DNA of 37,933 nucleotides, from sequence record DRR723986_4851, one strand, 5' to 3'. Below, in pieces: positions 26,088 to 34,939 of this stretch. How positions within the stretch are numbered: the stretch's first letter is position 1; each line of letters opens with the position of its first letter. The notes beneath the pieces were generated by a model. It was not told the origin of the DNA. It saw only the letters and a program-made list of their open reading frames with translations, and did no database searches. Made by a program: the position numbers and the translations under genes.

Positions 26088-27377
26088 TCAGGAAGGCACC
26101 AGCCCGGCGATCAGCTGCATCAGCTGTTCCCGGGCGCCGCGGTTCTCCCTGACCACGCGCTCACCGGCCACGCCCATGGCTTTCCGGCGCTGGGGATCAA
26201 GCGCCAGTTCAATCAATACCTCTTCCAGTTCCCCCGCCTGCTCGAGCTGGATCATTGCCCCGGCTTTCACCAGCAGGCGGCTGATTTCCAGGAAGTTGAA
26301 CATATAGGGGCCAGCGATCACCGGTACGCCCCAGGCCGCAGCCTCCAGCGCGTTATGACCGCCGTGCTCGACCAGGCTGCCGCCGATAATCGCGATATCG
26401 GCCGCCCCCAGCAGCAGGACCAATTCCCCCATGGTGTCCCCCACCACCACGTCGATATCCGGGCCCGGAGTCAGGCCGGCGGAACGCCGTTGCACCTGCC
26501 AGCCGCTGCGCTCGCAGAGGGCAAAGACATCGGCGAAGCGCTCCGGATGACGGGGCACCAGCACCAGCAGTGCGCCTGACACCGTCTCCCGCAGCCGGGC
26601 GAACACCGCCAGTAACTGCTCGTCTTCGCCGGCATGGGTACTGGCGCCGACGATGATGGTTCGTTTATCGCCTTGCCAGGATTGCTCCAGCAGTTGGGCG
26701 CGTTCACGAACATCCGGATCGAGCGCAAGATCGAATTTGATACTGCCGGTGACGTGCAGGCGCTCCGGCGGCAAGCCCAGCGCTACCAGCCGCTCACCGT
26801 CGGCTTCTGCCTGACAGGCCACGGCGGAGAGCTGTTCCAGCATCGGCCGGACCAGCGCCGGAATCCGCGCATAGCCCGCGGCGGAGCGCTCTGATAGGCG
26901 CGCATTGGCCAGCATCACCTGACAGCCATGCACCCCGCAGTAATGCAGGAGATTGGGCCACAGCTCGGTTTCGATCAGCACCAGCAATCGCGGCTGCAGG
27001 CGACGCAAAAAACGATCGGTCGCGCCGGGCAGGTCCCAGGGGGCATAAACGTGAAACACGCGATTGCCAAACAGGGCCCTGACCCGCTCCGAGCCGGTCG
27101 GCGTGGTGGTCGTCAGCGCGAGCTGATAACCCGGGTAGGCATCCAGCAGGGCTTCCACCAGCGGCACCGCTGCCAGGGTTTCACCGACGGATACCGCGTG
27201 AATCCAGATCACTGGCCGGGTGGAGTCCAGTCCAGCGGAATCCCACAGGCCAAAGCGCTCGCCCAGCCGTTTCCGGTAATCGGGCGCGCGCCGGGACCGC
27301 CACAGCATCCGCAACAGGATGCCGGGAAGGAGCAGGTAGAACAGGAGACTGTAAAGCGCGCGGATAAACCGTTCCAT
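26088..27377 (-). CDS. waaA: 3-deoxy-D-manno-octulosonic acid (Kdo) transferase
   Basis: WIHAVSVGE, TTTTPTGS, ETELWPN, NARLSERS, GSIKFD, ASTH.GE, VPRHPERF, GDTMGEL, GGHNALE. Confidence 0.96.
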   Translation of the reverse strand: MERFIRALYSLLFYLLLPGILLRMLWRSRRAPDYRKRLGERFGLWDSAGLDSTRPVIWIHAVSVGETLAAVPLVEALLDAYPGYQLALTTTTPTGSERVRALFGNRVFHVYAPWDLPGATDRFLRRLQPRLLVLIETELWPNLLHYCGVHGCQVMLANARLSERSAAGYARIPALVRPMLEQLSAVACQAEADGERLVALGLPPERLHVTGSIKFDLALDPDVRERAQLLEQSWQGDKRTIIVGASTHAGEDEQLLAVFARLRETVSGALLVLVPRHPERFADVFALCERSGWQVQRRSAGLTPGPDIDVVVGDTMGELVLLLGAADIAIIGGSLVEHGGHNALEAAAWGVPVIAGPYMFNFLEISRLLVKAGAMIQLEQAGELEEVLIELALDPQRRKAMGVAGERVVRENRGAREQLMQLIAGLVPS

Positions 27378-27442
27378 CGGTCGAACTCGGGAAAGACCGC
27401 GCCAGAATACTCGTCCGGGCCTGTTGTTGCCAAGCCGGGGAC

Positions 27443-27471
27443 TTGCCCCGGCCCGGCAAAGGCGCTACTTT
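27443..27471 (+). promoter_or_regulatory. Putative sigma70 promoter for the MeT1-like gene
   Basis: TTGCCC(27443-27448)-17 nt-TACTTT(27466-27471), upstream of ATG 27504. Confidence 0.4.
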
Positions 27472-27503
27472 CGCCAGCCCTGCCGACCATCGCGAGACAC
27501 GAC

Positions 27504-28121
27504 ATGCTGCCGGAACTGCCCCCGGAACTGCTGGAAATCAAGGGCTTCCTCGCCCCCGGGGAGGCCCAGGCCCTCTATGACTGCGCACTGGCTACGGCAG
27601 CCCTGGGGCCCATCCTGGAGATAGGCAGCTACTGCGGTAAGTCCACCATTTACCTCGGCATAGCGGCCCGTTCACTCGGTGGCACCGTATTTGCGCTCGA
27701 CCATCATCGCGGCTCGGAAGAACACCAGCCCGGCGAATTCTTTCATGACCCCGAGCTTTACGATGCGAGCACCGAAGGGGTGGATACCTTTACTGAGTTT
27801 CGACGCAATATCCGCCGGGCGGGCCTGGAAGATACCGTGGTGCCTATCGTGGCCGGTTCAGGTGCAGCAGCGCGCAGCTGGCGCACCCCCCTGGGCATGG
27901 TGTTCATCGACGGCGGTCACAGCCTGGACGCCGCCCTGACCGACTACCGGAGCTGGGCCAGCCACATTCTTCCCGGCGGACTGCTGGCGATTCACGACAT
28001 CTATCCCGACCCGTTTACCGGCGGGCAGGCACCTTACGCGGTGTTGCAGCTGGCGCGCAACTCAGGCCTGTTCGAGGAACTGTCGCGGGTCGACAGTCTC
28101 GCGGTTCTGCGCCGCTGCTAG
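27504..28121 (+). CDS. Class I SAM methyltransferase (Methyltransf_24), homolog of mycobacterial MMP 1-O-methyltransferase MeT1
   Basis: GF...E, EIGSYCGKST, DHHRGSEEHQPG, WRTPL..FIDGGH, GG.L.IHD..PDP..GGQAP, matching the recalled M. hassiacum MeT1 sequence motif by motif. Confidence 0.85.
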   Translation: MLPELPPELLEIKGFLAPGEAQALYDCALATAALGPILEIGSYCGKSTIYLGIAARSLGGTVFALDHHRGSEEHQPGEFFHDPELYDASTEGVDTFTEFRRNIRRAGLEDTVVPIVAGSGAAARSWRTPLGMVFIDGGHSLDAALTDYRSWASHILPGGLLAIHDIYPDPFTGGQAPYAVLQLARNSGLFEELSRVDSLAVLRRC

Positions 28122-28133
28122 CGGCGACGGGGT

Positions 28134-29204
28134 TTAATCCACGCGCCGCTTGCGGGTGCCGGGAGCGGCCTCAAGCAGGCTGACCTCGGTGAACAGGCGA
28201 GCTGCGGCTGTGTGACCGGTAAGGGCATCGGCGGCCAGCAGGATTGCACCGGCAGTCCAGGTGGGTTTTTCGTCCGGCCACAGCAGGTCTTCCACCAGCT
28301 GGTAACCGGTCCAGTAGGAGCCGTCCTCCGCCTGCCACTGCTGGAGCCAGCTGTACAGTTCCACGGCACGGGCATGATCTCCCGCGGCCAGCAGGGCCAT
28401 CACCAGCTCACAGGATTCTGCCACCGTAAACCAGGGCTCTTCCACGACGCAGCGGCAGCCCAGGCCTTCCTTGACGAACTCTTTCCAGCGAGAGGCCAGC
28501 CGCGCTTTTGCTTCCGCCCCCTGGTAGACGCCGGTAAGCACCGGGTAGAACCAGTCCATCGAGTAGCGTGCCTTGCTCTCCCAGGTACGGTCGAAGCGCT
28601 CCGGCTTGCTGCGCAGTGCGCGCCCCAGACGGACCCGGGCGTCGAACCACTGAGGACGTTCCTCGCCCAGGGTGACTGCGATATTGTGGGCACACTCCAG
28701 GCTCTTGTAGATGGAACTGCAGCCAGTGACCAGGGCGTCGCCCTTGGCTTTGCCCTTGCCATCCACCGCCCAGTCGATTTCACCGTGGGATGACTGCAGG
28801 CCCAGCACAAATTGGATCGCGCGCTCGACCATCGGCCACAGTCGGCGCAGGAATTCCTCGTTGCCGCTGACTAGGTAGTGATGCCAGACACCGGTCGCCG
28901 AGTAGGCCACGAAATTGGTTTCACGCCGCTCGCGATTGTCGACAATCTCACCGCGATAGGATGCCCACCAGCTGCCGTCCTCGAGTTGCAGGGAAGCGAG
29001 CCAGTCGTAGGCTCGCTCGGCCGCCTCCAGTTCCCCGGCAATCGACAGGCCCATGGCGGCCTCGACGTGGTCCCAGGGATCGGTATAGCCACCTTCAAAC
29101 CAGGGGATTTCTCCGCTCGGCCGCTGTACCTGCAGGATGAAGTCCGCTGTGGGTCGAAGAAAGTCCTCGGGAAACAGCCCGCGACTCAGGTATAGACCGC
29201 TCAT
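28134..29204 (-). CDS. 'Prenyltransferase/squalene oxidase repeat' (alpha/alpha)-barrel protein, MmpH-like methylmannoside hydrolase
   Basis: Q.PSGEIPWFEGG.TDPWDHVEAAMGL, ETNF.AY.ATGVWHH.L, AL.TG.SSIY.SL, RYSMDWFYPVL, W.T.AE.CELV.AL, DGSYWTG, WP.E..TWTA.A.LLAADAL; ATGA overlap with the upstream gene. Confidence 0.75.
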   Translation of the reverse strand: MSGLYLSRGLFPEDFLRPTADFILQVQRPSGEIPWFEGGYTDPWDHVEAAMGLSIAGELEAAERAYDWLASLQLEDGSWWASYRGEIVDNRERRETNFVAYSATGVWHHYLVSGNEEFLRRLWPMVERAIQFVLGLQSSHGEIDWAVDGKGKAKGDALVTGCSSIYKSLECAHNIAVTLGEERPQWFDARVRLGRALRSKPERFDRTWESKARYSMDWFYPVLTGVYQGAEAKARLASRWKEFVKEGLGCRCVVEEPWFTVAESCELVMALLAAGDHARAVELYSWLQQWQAEDGSYWTGYQLVEDLLWPDEKPTWTAGAILLAADALTGHTAAARLFTEVSLLEAAPGTRKRRVD

Positions 29205-29920
29205 GCGGCTGCCTCCTTGTGAAAGTACAGGACCACGCTTTTGCCCAGCACCGGATTGAGCGCGCGTTCCAGCACGCGGGTGAATGCCGGGCGTTCCAGC
29301 AGGTCCCACACCAACAGTCGGTGATACTGCTTCACCAGCCAGTTACTGTCCTGGCTGTCCCAGAACAGGCACTTCAACCACCAGTAAGGTGCGTGCAGGG
29401 CGTGAGCCCAGTGCCGGTAATAGTGACGAAAGCCGAGTTGTTCGATCTCGCCCCGCAGCTCCTCGCTGCGGAAGATCCGCAGATGGCCACCGGGGACCAG
29501 GTGATAGGCATCGCTCAGCGACCAGCAGATTTTTTCGGGCCAGCGGCGGGGAACCGATGCACAAAACAGCCCACCGGGCTTCAATACCCGGCGGATTTCG
29601 GCCAGCGCGCCGCGATAATCGGGAATATGCTCGAGAACCTCGCTGCAGATCACCTTGTCAAAACTGTCATCGGCAAAAGGCAGCTTGAGGGCGTCGGCGG
29701 AGGCCAGGGTAAAGCTGCGGCCATCGCCGGAGGTATCACCCTGAAACTCGCGAAAGCGCTGGCTCGCAGTTTGCAGATCGTCCAGGCTCAGGTCGACGCC
29801 CACCGCATCCACCGCCTGTTCGTGATAGATGGAGATCACGTGGCGCCCCTCACCACAGCCGAGATCAAGCACGCGCTCGCCGGCCTGCAGCGGGAAATGG
29901 CGATAATCAACCGTTTGCAC
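29201..29920 (-). CDS. Class I SAM methyltransferase (Methyltransf_11), putative MMP 3-O-methyltransferase
   Basis: VLDLGCGEGRH, DAL.LPFAD.SFD.VICSEVLEHI, PEKICW.LSD.YH...GGH.RI, HAHALH.PYWWLKC-like, YH.LLVWD, LNP.LGKS; GTG 29920 overlaps the 3' end of the glycosyltransferase. Confidence 0.82.
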   Translation of the reverse strand: MQTVDYRHFPLQAGERVLDLGCGEGRHVISIYHEQAVDAVGVDLSLDDLQTASQRFREFQGDTSGDGRSFTLASADALKLPFADDSFDKVICSEVLEHIPDYRGALAEIRRVLKPGGLFCASVPRRWPEKICWSLSDAYHLVPGGHLRIFRSEELRGEIEQLGFRHYYRHWAHALHAPYWWLKCLFWDSQDSNWLVKQYHRLLVWDLLERPAFTRVLERALNPVLGKSVVLYFHKEAAA

Positions 29921-31148
29921 TGGCCAGCACCCGCCTGTAATAAGCCACCATATCCCGGGCACAGACGTCCCAGCTGAACTTTTCGATAATCCTGCTGCGC
30001 CCGCGCTGGCCCAGCTCCGCCCGCTGCCCCGGGTCGAGCAGCAGCTGTTCGATTGCCGCCGACAGGGCCTGGGCGTTCTTCGCCGGCACGATGACTCCGG
30101 CATCACCCACGACCTCGGGCAATGCGCCGCCATCGGTACTGACGACCGGCACCCCACAGGCCATGGCCTCACCCGCAGGCAGGCCGAAGCCCTCGTAGAT
30201 GGAGGGCACCACGGCGACCGTGGCCTCAGCGTAGTAGCGCACCATCTGATCAGTACTGATGCCGCTGACAAATTTGATTCGGTCCGCCAGACCCAGGCGA
30301 TCCACCAATTGCTCGGTCTTTCCGCCAGGCTGGGGCTTGCTGACCAGCAGCAGTTCCAGCTCCGGATGCCGCTTGAGCAGGTCTGCATAGGCCAGCAGCA
30401 GGTAGCGCAGGCCCTTGAGGGGTGCATCCGCTGATGCCGTCGCCATCAGGCGCAGGGGCTTGCGGGGAATATCGGGCCGCGGGCTGAAGACCTCCGTATC
30501 GATCCCGTTGTACACCAGATCAATACCTGCGGGCTGCAAGCCGAAATCCCGGGCAATGTCCTGGCGCGAGCAGTCGGACACGGTCACCACATTGTGCAGT
30601 TGCTTGACCACCCGCTTCTGCATATGCAGGAAAGAATGCCAGCGCCGGATCAGCAGGCGCTCGTACCCATGGCGCGCCGCCGCCAGGGCTATTCTCAGGT
30701 CACTGGTGATCGGGTGGTGTACCGTGGTCACCAGCGGCAGCCCCATGTCCTGCAGCTGCAGCATGCCGTAGCTCAGGCTCTGGTTGTCGTGCACCAGGTC
30801 GTAATCGTGACCGTGTTGGCGCAGGTATTTCACCGCCCTGCGACCAAAGGTGTAGGGTTCGGCAAACCCCCCGGTCAGCTTGCTGGTCCACTCGATCACA
30901 TTGCTCAGCGAACGCAGGTGCCGGGGGCGCAGCGACCCGAGGCCATTCTCGAACAGGTCCAGGCTGGGCAGCGTGATCAGCCGCACCCGCTCGTCCAGGT
31001 GCGGGTAGGGCGGGCCGGAAATCACATCTACCCGGTGACCGGCATCGACCAGGGCCTTGCTCAGGTACCGGAGGTAGACGCCCTGCCCGCCCCCATGGGG
31101 CTGGCTGCGATAACCCAGCAGGGCAATACGCAGCGGCTGCGCGGCCAC
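29907..31148 (-). CDS. GT4 glycosyltransferase, homolog of mycobacterial MMP alpha-(1,4)-mannosyltransferase ManT
   Basis: RIALLGYRS.PHGGGQGVY, SG.PYP.LD, PSLDL, GGFAEP.TF, VHDNQSL, T.HHPIT.D, ASAD.PLKG, PS.YEGFGLPA.EAMACG; start may extend to an in-frame ATC at 31223. Confidence 0.85.
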   Translation of the reverse strand: MAAQPLRIALLGYRSQPHGGGQGVYLRYLSKALVDAGHRVDVISGPPYPHLDERVRLITLPSLDLFENGLGSLRPRHLRSLSNVIEWTSKLTGGFAEPYTFGRRAVKYLRQHGHDYDLVHDNQSLSYGMLQLQDMGLPLVTTVHHPITSDLRIALAAARHGYERLLIRRWHSFLHMQKRVVKQLHNVVTVSDCSRQDIARDFGLQPAGIDLVYNGIDTEVFSPRPDIPRKPLRLMATASADAPLKGLRYLLLAYADLLKRHPELELLLVSKPQPGGKTEQLVDRLGLADRIKFVSGISTDQMVRYYAEATVAVVPSIYEGFGLPAGEAMACGVPVVSTDGGALPEVVGDAGVIVPAKNAQALSAAIEQLLLDPGQRAELGQRGRSRIIEKFSWDVCARDMVAYYRRVLASANG

Positions 31149-31478
31149 CGGGACCGCGTGCAGATCAGCCGCACCGGCTGCCGCTGCAGGCGTATCCGCC
31201 TGGATTGTGTCGGGATGCCTGATGGCAACCTCCTGTGCTGGTCAGGGAAATGAGGTACTGCGACAGAGCGCGGAGTGCTCGCGCCGATCGATCGCCGGAA
31301 TTACCCGGCGAAAGGGGCCCGATTCTATCAATGATTGGTCAAAATTCCACCCCACTACGTCCGTATAGTGAAACGGGTCACCGGCTGGGGCATCCACAGC
31401 AGCGCGCAGGACTGGGGATTAGGCAGCACCGGCGCGGAGCCCTATAATCGGCGGCTCACACCAGACCGACCCGATTCT

Positions 31479-32384
31479 ATGAGCACAACAGCCTACAAGG
31501 GCATCATTCTCGCCGGCGGCTCGGGCACCCGCCTGCACCCCCTGACCAGCACGGTGAGCAAGCAGCTGATGCCGGTCTATGACAAGCCCATGATCTATTA
31601 CCCGCTGGCCACCCTGATGCTGGCCGGCATCCGCGATGTGCTGGTAATCACCACCCCCCGGGACCAGGCCGCCTTCGCTGAGCTGCTGGGAGATGGCAGC
31701 CAGTGGGGCATCAATATCAGCTATACGGTACAGCCCAGCCCCGACGGACTGGCCCAGGCCTTCATCCTCGGCAAGGACTTCATCGGCAAGTCACCGGCCA
31801 GCCTGGTGCTGGGCGACAATATTTTCTACGGCGGCGGCTTCACCCAGAAACTCAAGAGCGCGGCCGCCCGCAGCAGCGGCGCCTCGGTGTTTGCCTACTA
31901 TGTGCAGGACCCGGAGCGCTACGGCGTGGTCGAATTCGACGCCGATGGTATCGCCAGGGATATCGAGGAAAAACCGGCGCATCCCAGGTCGCATTACGCG
32001 GTGACCGGGCTGTATTTCTACGACAATGACGTGGTGGACATCGCCAGGAGTATCCGCCCATCCCACCGGGGTGAGCTGGAAATCACTGACGTCAACAAGG
32101 TCTACCTCGAACGCGGCGACCTCGCGGTGGAAGTGATGAGCCGCGGCACCGCCTGGCTGGATACGGGGACCCACAACTCCCTGCTCGACGCTGCCAATTT
32201 CATCCGCGTGGTAGAGGAGCGCCAGGGCCTGAAAATCGCCTGCCCCGAGGAAGTGGCTTACCGCATGGGTTATATCAATGCCGAGCAGCTGCTGGCACTG
32301 GCAGCGCCGCTGGAAAAGAGCGGCTATGGTGGCTACCTGCAGGGCCTGCTGCGCGAAGACGGCGTGGTGTTCGATGAAAAGTGA
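31479..32384 (+). CDS. rfbA: Glucose-1-phosphate thymidylyltransferase
   Basis: [57 protein letters not shown]. Confidence 0.96.
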   Translation: MSTTAYKGIILAGGSGTRLHPLTSTVSKQLMPVYDKPMIYYPLATLMLAGIRDVLVITTPRDQAAFAELLGDGSQWGINISYTVQPSPDGLAQAFILGKDFIGKSPASLVLGDNIFYGGGFTQKLKSAAARSSGASVFAYYVQDPERYGVVEFDADGIARDIEEKPAHPRSHYAVTGLYFYDNDVVDIARSIRPSHRGELEITDVNKVYLERGDLAVEVMSRGTAWLDTGTHNSLLDAANFIRVVEERQGLKIACPEEVAYRMGYINAEQLLALAAPLEKSGYGGYLQGLLREDGVVFDEK

Positions 32385-32922
32385 GGCGACTTCGCTGGCA
32401 GGCGTCTACCTGCTGCAGCCCCGCGTGTTCGGTGATGAGCGCGGCTTCTTCATGGAAAACTGGAACGCCAACACCTTCCGCGAGCTCGGCCTGGACCTGG
32501 ACTTCGTGCAGGACAATCACAGCCGCTCGGCGCGCGGCATCCTGCGCGGGCTGCATTACCAGACGCAGCATACCCAGGGCAAACTGGTGCGGGTCTCCAG
32601 TGGCGCGGTGTTCGATGTCGCGGTGGACCTCCGCCGTTCCTCGCCCACCCTCGGCCAGTGGTACGGGGTCACCCTGGACGCGGTATCCCACCAGATGCTG
32701 TGGATTCCACCCGGCTTCGCCCACGGCTTCCTGGTCTTGTCGGAATTCGCGGACTTCCAGTACAAGTGCACCGATTTCTACGACCCGGGCAGCGAGATCA
32801 GCCTCGCCTGGGACGACCCCACTGTCGGCGTAAGTTGGCCGCTACAGCCCGGGGAGCAACCCCGCCTTTCCGGTAAGGACAGCCAGGGCCTGGCCTGGCG
32901 GGATATTCCGCTGTTCGACTGA
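32374..32922 (+). CDS. rfbC: dTDP-4-dehydrorhamnose 3,5-epimerase
   Basis: [49 protein letters not shown]. Confidence 0.95.
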   Translation: MKSEATSLAGVYLLQPRVFGDERGFFMENWNANTFRELGLDLDFVQDNHSRSARGILRGLHYQTQHTQGKLVRVSSGAVFDVAVDLRRSSPTLGQWYGVTLDAVSHQMLWIPPGFAHGFLVLSEFADFQYKCTDFYDPGSEISLAWDDPTVGVSWPLQPGEQPRLSGKDSQGLAWRDIPLFD

Positions 32923-32923
32923 G

Positions 32924-33991
32924 TCAGGTGGTCTTCAATAGCGGACGCCACCAGTTCTCGTTGCCCAGGAACCAGTCCAGGGTCCGGGCAATGCCGGTTT
33001 CAAAGGTTTCCTTGGGCGTGAAGCCCAGCTCGCTGCTGATCTTGGCGGCGTCAATGGCATAGCGCCAATCGTGACCGGCCCGGTCCTCGACGAACCGGAT
33101 CAGCTCCCGGGCGCTGGTGCCCCTGGCAGGGGCCGCCTCCGGAAAGCGGGTAGCGAGGTCGCCGTCCTGCGCAAACCGCGCATCCAGCTGGTCACACAGC
33201 AGGCCGACGATATCGAGATTGTTCCACTCGTTGTTGCCACCGATGTTATAGGTCTCGCCCAGACGGCCCTGCAACAGGACCTTCTCGATCCCCCGGCAGT
33301 GGTCCTCCACATAAAGCCAGTCGCGAATATTGGAACCATCGCCATATACCGGCAGCGGCAGTCCCCGCAGGATATTGGTGATGCACAGGGGAATCAGCTT
33401 CTCCGGGAAGTGATAAGGCCCGTAATTATTGGAACAGTTGCTGGTGCTCACCTGCAGGCCGTAGGTGTGGTGGTAGGCCCGCACCAGGTGATCTGACGCA
33501 GCCTTACTGGCGGAGTACGGCGAATTGGGTTCGTACTTCTGCTCCTCGAAAAAGCCCGGCGCGTCCGGGGTCAGGGAGCCGTAGACCTCGTCGGTCGACA
33601 CATGGTGAAAGCGATGCTCACGCCCGGCACCGGTCAGCCAGGCTTCCCGCGCCGCCTTGAGCAGCACATGGGTACCCACCACATTGGTCTCGATAAATGC
33701 ATCGGGCCCGGTGATGGAGCGGTCGACGTGGCTCTCGGCCGCGAAGTGCACCACGGTATCAACCTGGTGATCGCGCAATGCTGCCAGCACGGTGCCATAG
33801 TCACAGATATTGGCGTGAATGAAATGGAAGTTGGCACGTCCGGCCAACGGCTCCAGGCTGGCGCGGTTACCCGCATAGGTCAGCGCATCATAGGCCACCA
33901 GCGTGTCCTCGGGGTGCGCCGTTGCCCAGTAGTGGACAAAGTTGGCACCGATAAAGCCCGCAGCACCGGTTACCAGTAGGGATCTAGCCAT
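32924..33991 (-). CDS. rfbB: dTDP-glucose 4,6-dehydratase
   Basis: VTGAAGFIG.NF, DALTYAGN, HFAAESHVDRSI, HVSTDEVYG, PNSPYSASK, SNNYGPY, RDWLYVEDH, GHD.RY. Confidence 0.96.
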   Translation of the reverse strand: MARSLLVTGAAGFIGANFVHYWATAHPEDTLVAYDALTYAGNRASLEPLAGRANFHFIHANICDYGTVLAALRDHQVDTVVHFAAESHVDRSITGPDAFIETNVVGTHVLLKAAREAWLTGAGREHRFHHVSTDEVYGSLTPDAPGFFEEQKYEPNSPYSASKAASDHLVRAYHHTYGLQVSTSNCSNNYGPYHFPEKLIPLCITNILRGLPLPVYGDGSNIRDWLYVEDHCRGIEKVLLQGRLGETYNIGGNNEWNNLDIVGLLCDQLDARFAQDGDLATRFPEAAPARGTSARELIRFVEDRAGHDWRYAIDAAKISSELGFTPKETFETGIARTLDWFLGNENWWRPLLKTT

Positions 33992-34865
33992 TTTCCTGTT
34001 CCTTGAATTGGGTCAGCATGGCGCGCAGCTGCTGCCGCCAATGGATCGGCGTGAGCTCCAGGTCACGCCAGCTGGCGCGCTTGTCGAGCACGCTATAGGC
34101 CGGTCGGCGCGCCGGCGTCGGGTACTCGGCGGCCGGGATCGGCCGCACCCGGGTCGGGTCAGCGAGCAGGCCCAGGGCCCTGCCCTCCTCCTCTATGGCC
34201 ACCGCGAAGTCGTACCAGCTGCACACCCCGGCGTCGCTCCAGTGATAGATGCCCCGCAGTTGCGGTCGTGCGACCAGTGCCCAGACCGCCCCGGCCAGCC
34301 CCGCCGCCCAGGTCGGGGTGCCCACCTGGTCATCGACAACCGACAGCTCCTCCCGCTCCGTCATCAGGCGCAACATGGTCTTGACGAAATTGGCGCGATG
34401 GGTGGAGTAGACCCAACCGGTGCGCAGGATCACCGCATCGTCGAGAAAGTCCCGGACCGCCAGTTCACCGGCGAGTTTGCCCCGGCCATAGGCTCCCAGT
34501 GGCGAGGGCTCCCGATTCGGCGAGTAGGGTTCACAGGCGGCACCGTCGAAGACGAAGTCAGTGGACACGTGAATCAGGCGCGCACCGATCTCGCGACAGG
34601 CACTGGCTAGGTAGCCCGGTGCCAGGGCATTTACCGCCGCAGCCTGTTGCTCCTCGCTCTCGGCCCGATCCACCGCCGTATAGGCGGCGGCATTGACCAC
34701 TACTGCCGGCTGTCGCGCCTGCAGGCACTCGCGCACCGCCAGGGTGTCAGTAACGTCCAGCGCATCGCGATCCAGGCCAGCGCAGTGCCAGCCCGCGGGC
34801 ACACTGTGCATCAGTTCCTGCCCGAGCTGCCCGCTGGCACCGGTTACCAGGATATTGGTCGACAA
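33984..34865 (-). CDS. rfbD: dTDP-4-dehydrorhamnose reductase
   Basis: VTGASGQLG, NAAAYTAVD.AE, HVSTDFVFDG, YGRGK, NFVKTMLRL, VVDDQVGTPT, YPTPARRP; TTG start with GGAGG RBS. Confidence 0.95.
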   Translation of the reverse strand: MSTNILVTGASGQLGQELMHSVPAGWHCAGLDRDALDVTDTLAVRECLQARQPAVVVNAAAYTAVDRAESEEQQAAAVNALAPGYLASACREIGARLIHVSTDFVFDGAACEPYSPNREPSPLGAYGRGKLAGELAVRDFLDDAVILRTGWVYSTHRANFVKTMLRLMTEREELSVVDDQVGTPTWAAGLAGAVWALVARPQLRGIYHWSDAGVCSWYDFAVAIEEEGRALGLLADPTRVRPIPAAEYPTPARRPAYSVLDKRASWRDLELTPIHWRQQLRAMLTQFKEQENG

Positions 34866-34939
34866 GTTGTTGCTTCCTCCACTGCCGGCTTACCGGGCGG
34901 CCATGATAATCGCGCCAGGGGCACGAACCCAAACCGGAC

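Noticed and set aside
26928-27503. Long N-terminal extension of the methyltransferase ORF (likewise the extensions of selD to 7030, of 29201-30427, of 28134-29309 and of rfbA from 31335)
   Set aside because: These extensions overlap neighbouring genes or promoter DNA and lack family similarity; downstream starts have RBS, coupling or motif support.
28134-29204. Terpene cyclase / hopanoid or prenylated natural product cluster
   Set aside because: No DxDD motif, too short for a squalene-hopene cyclase, no isoprenoid genes nearby; the neighbours fit the MMP cluster better.
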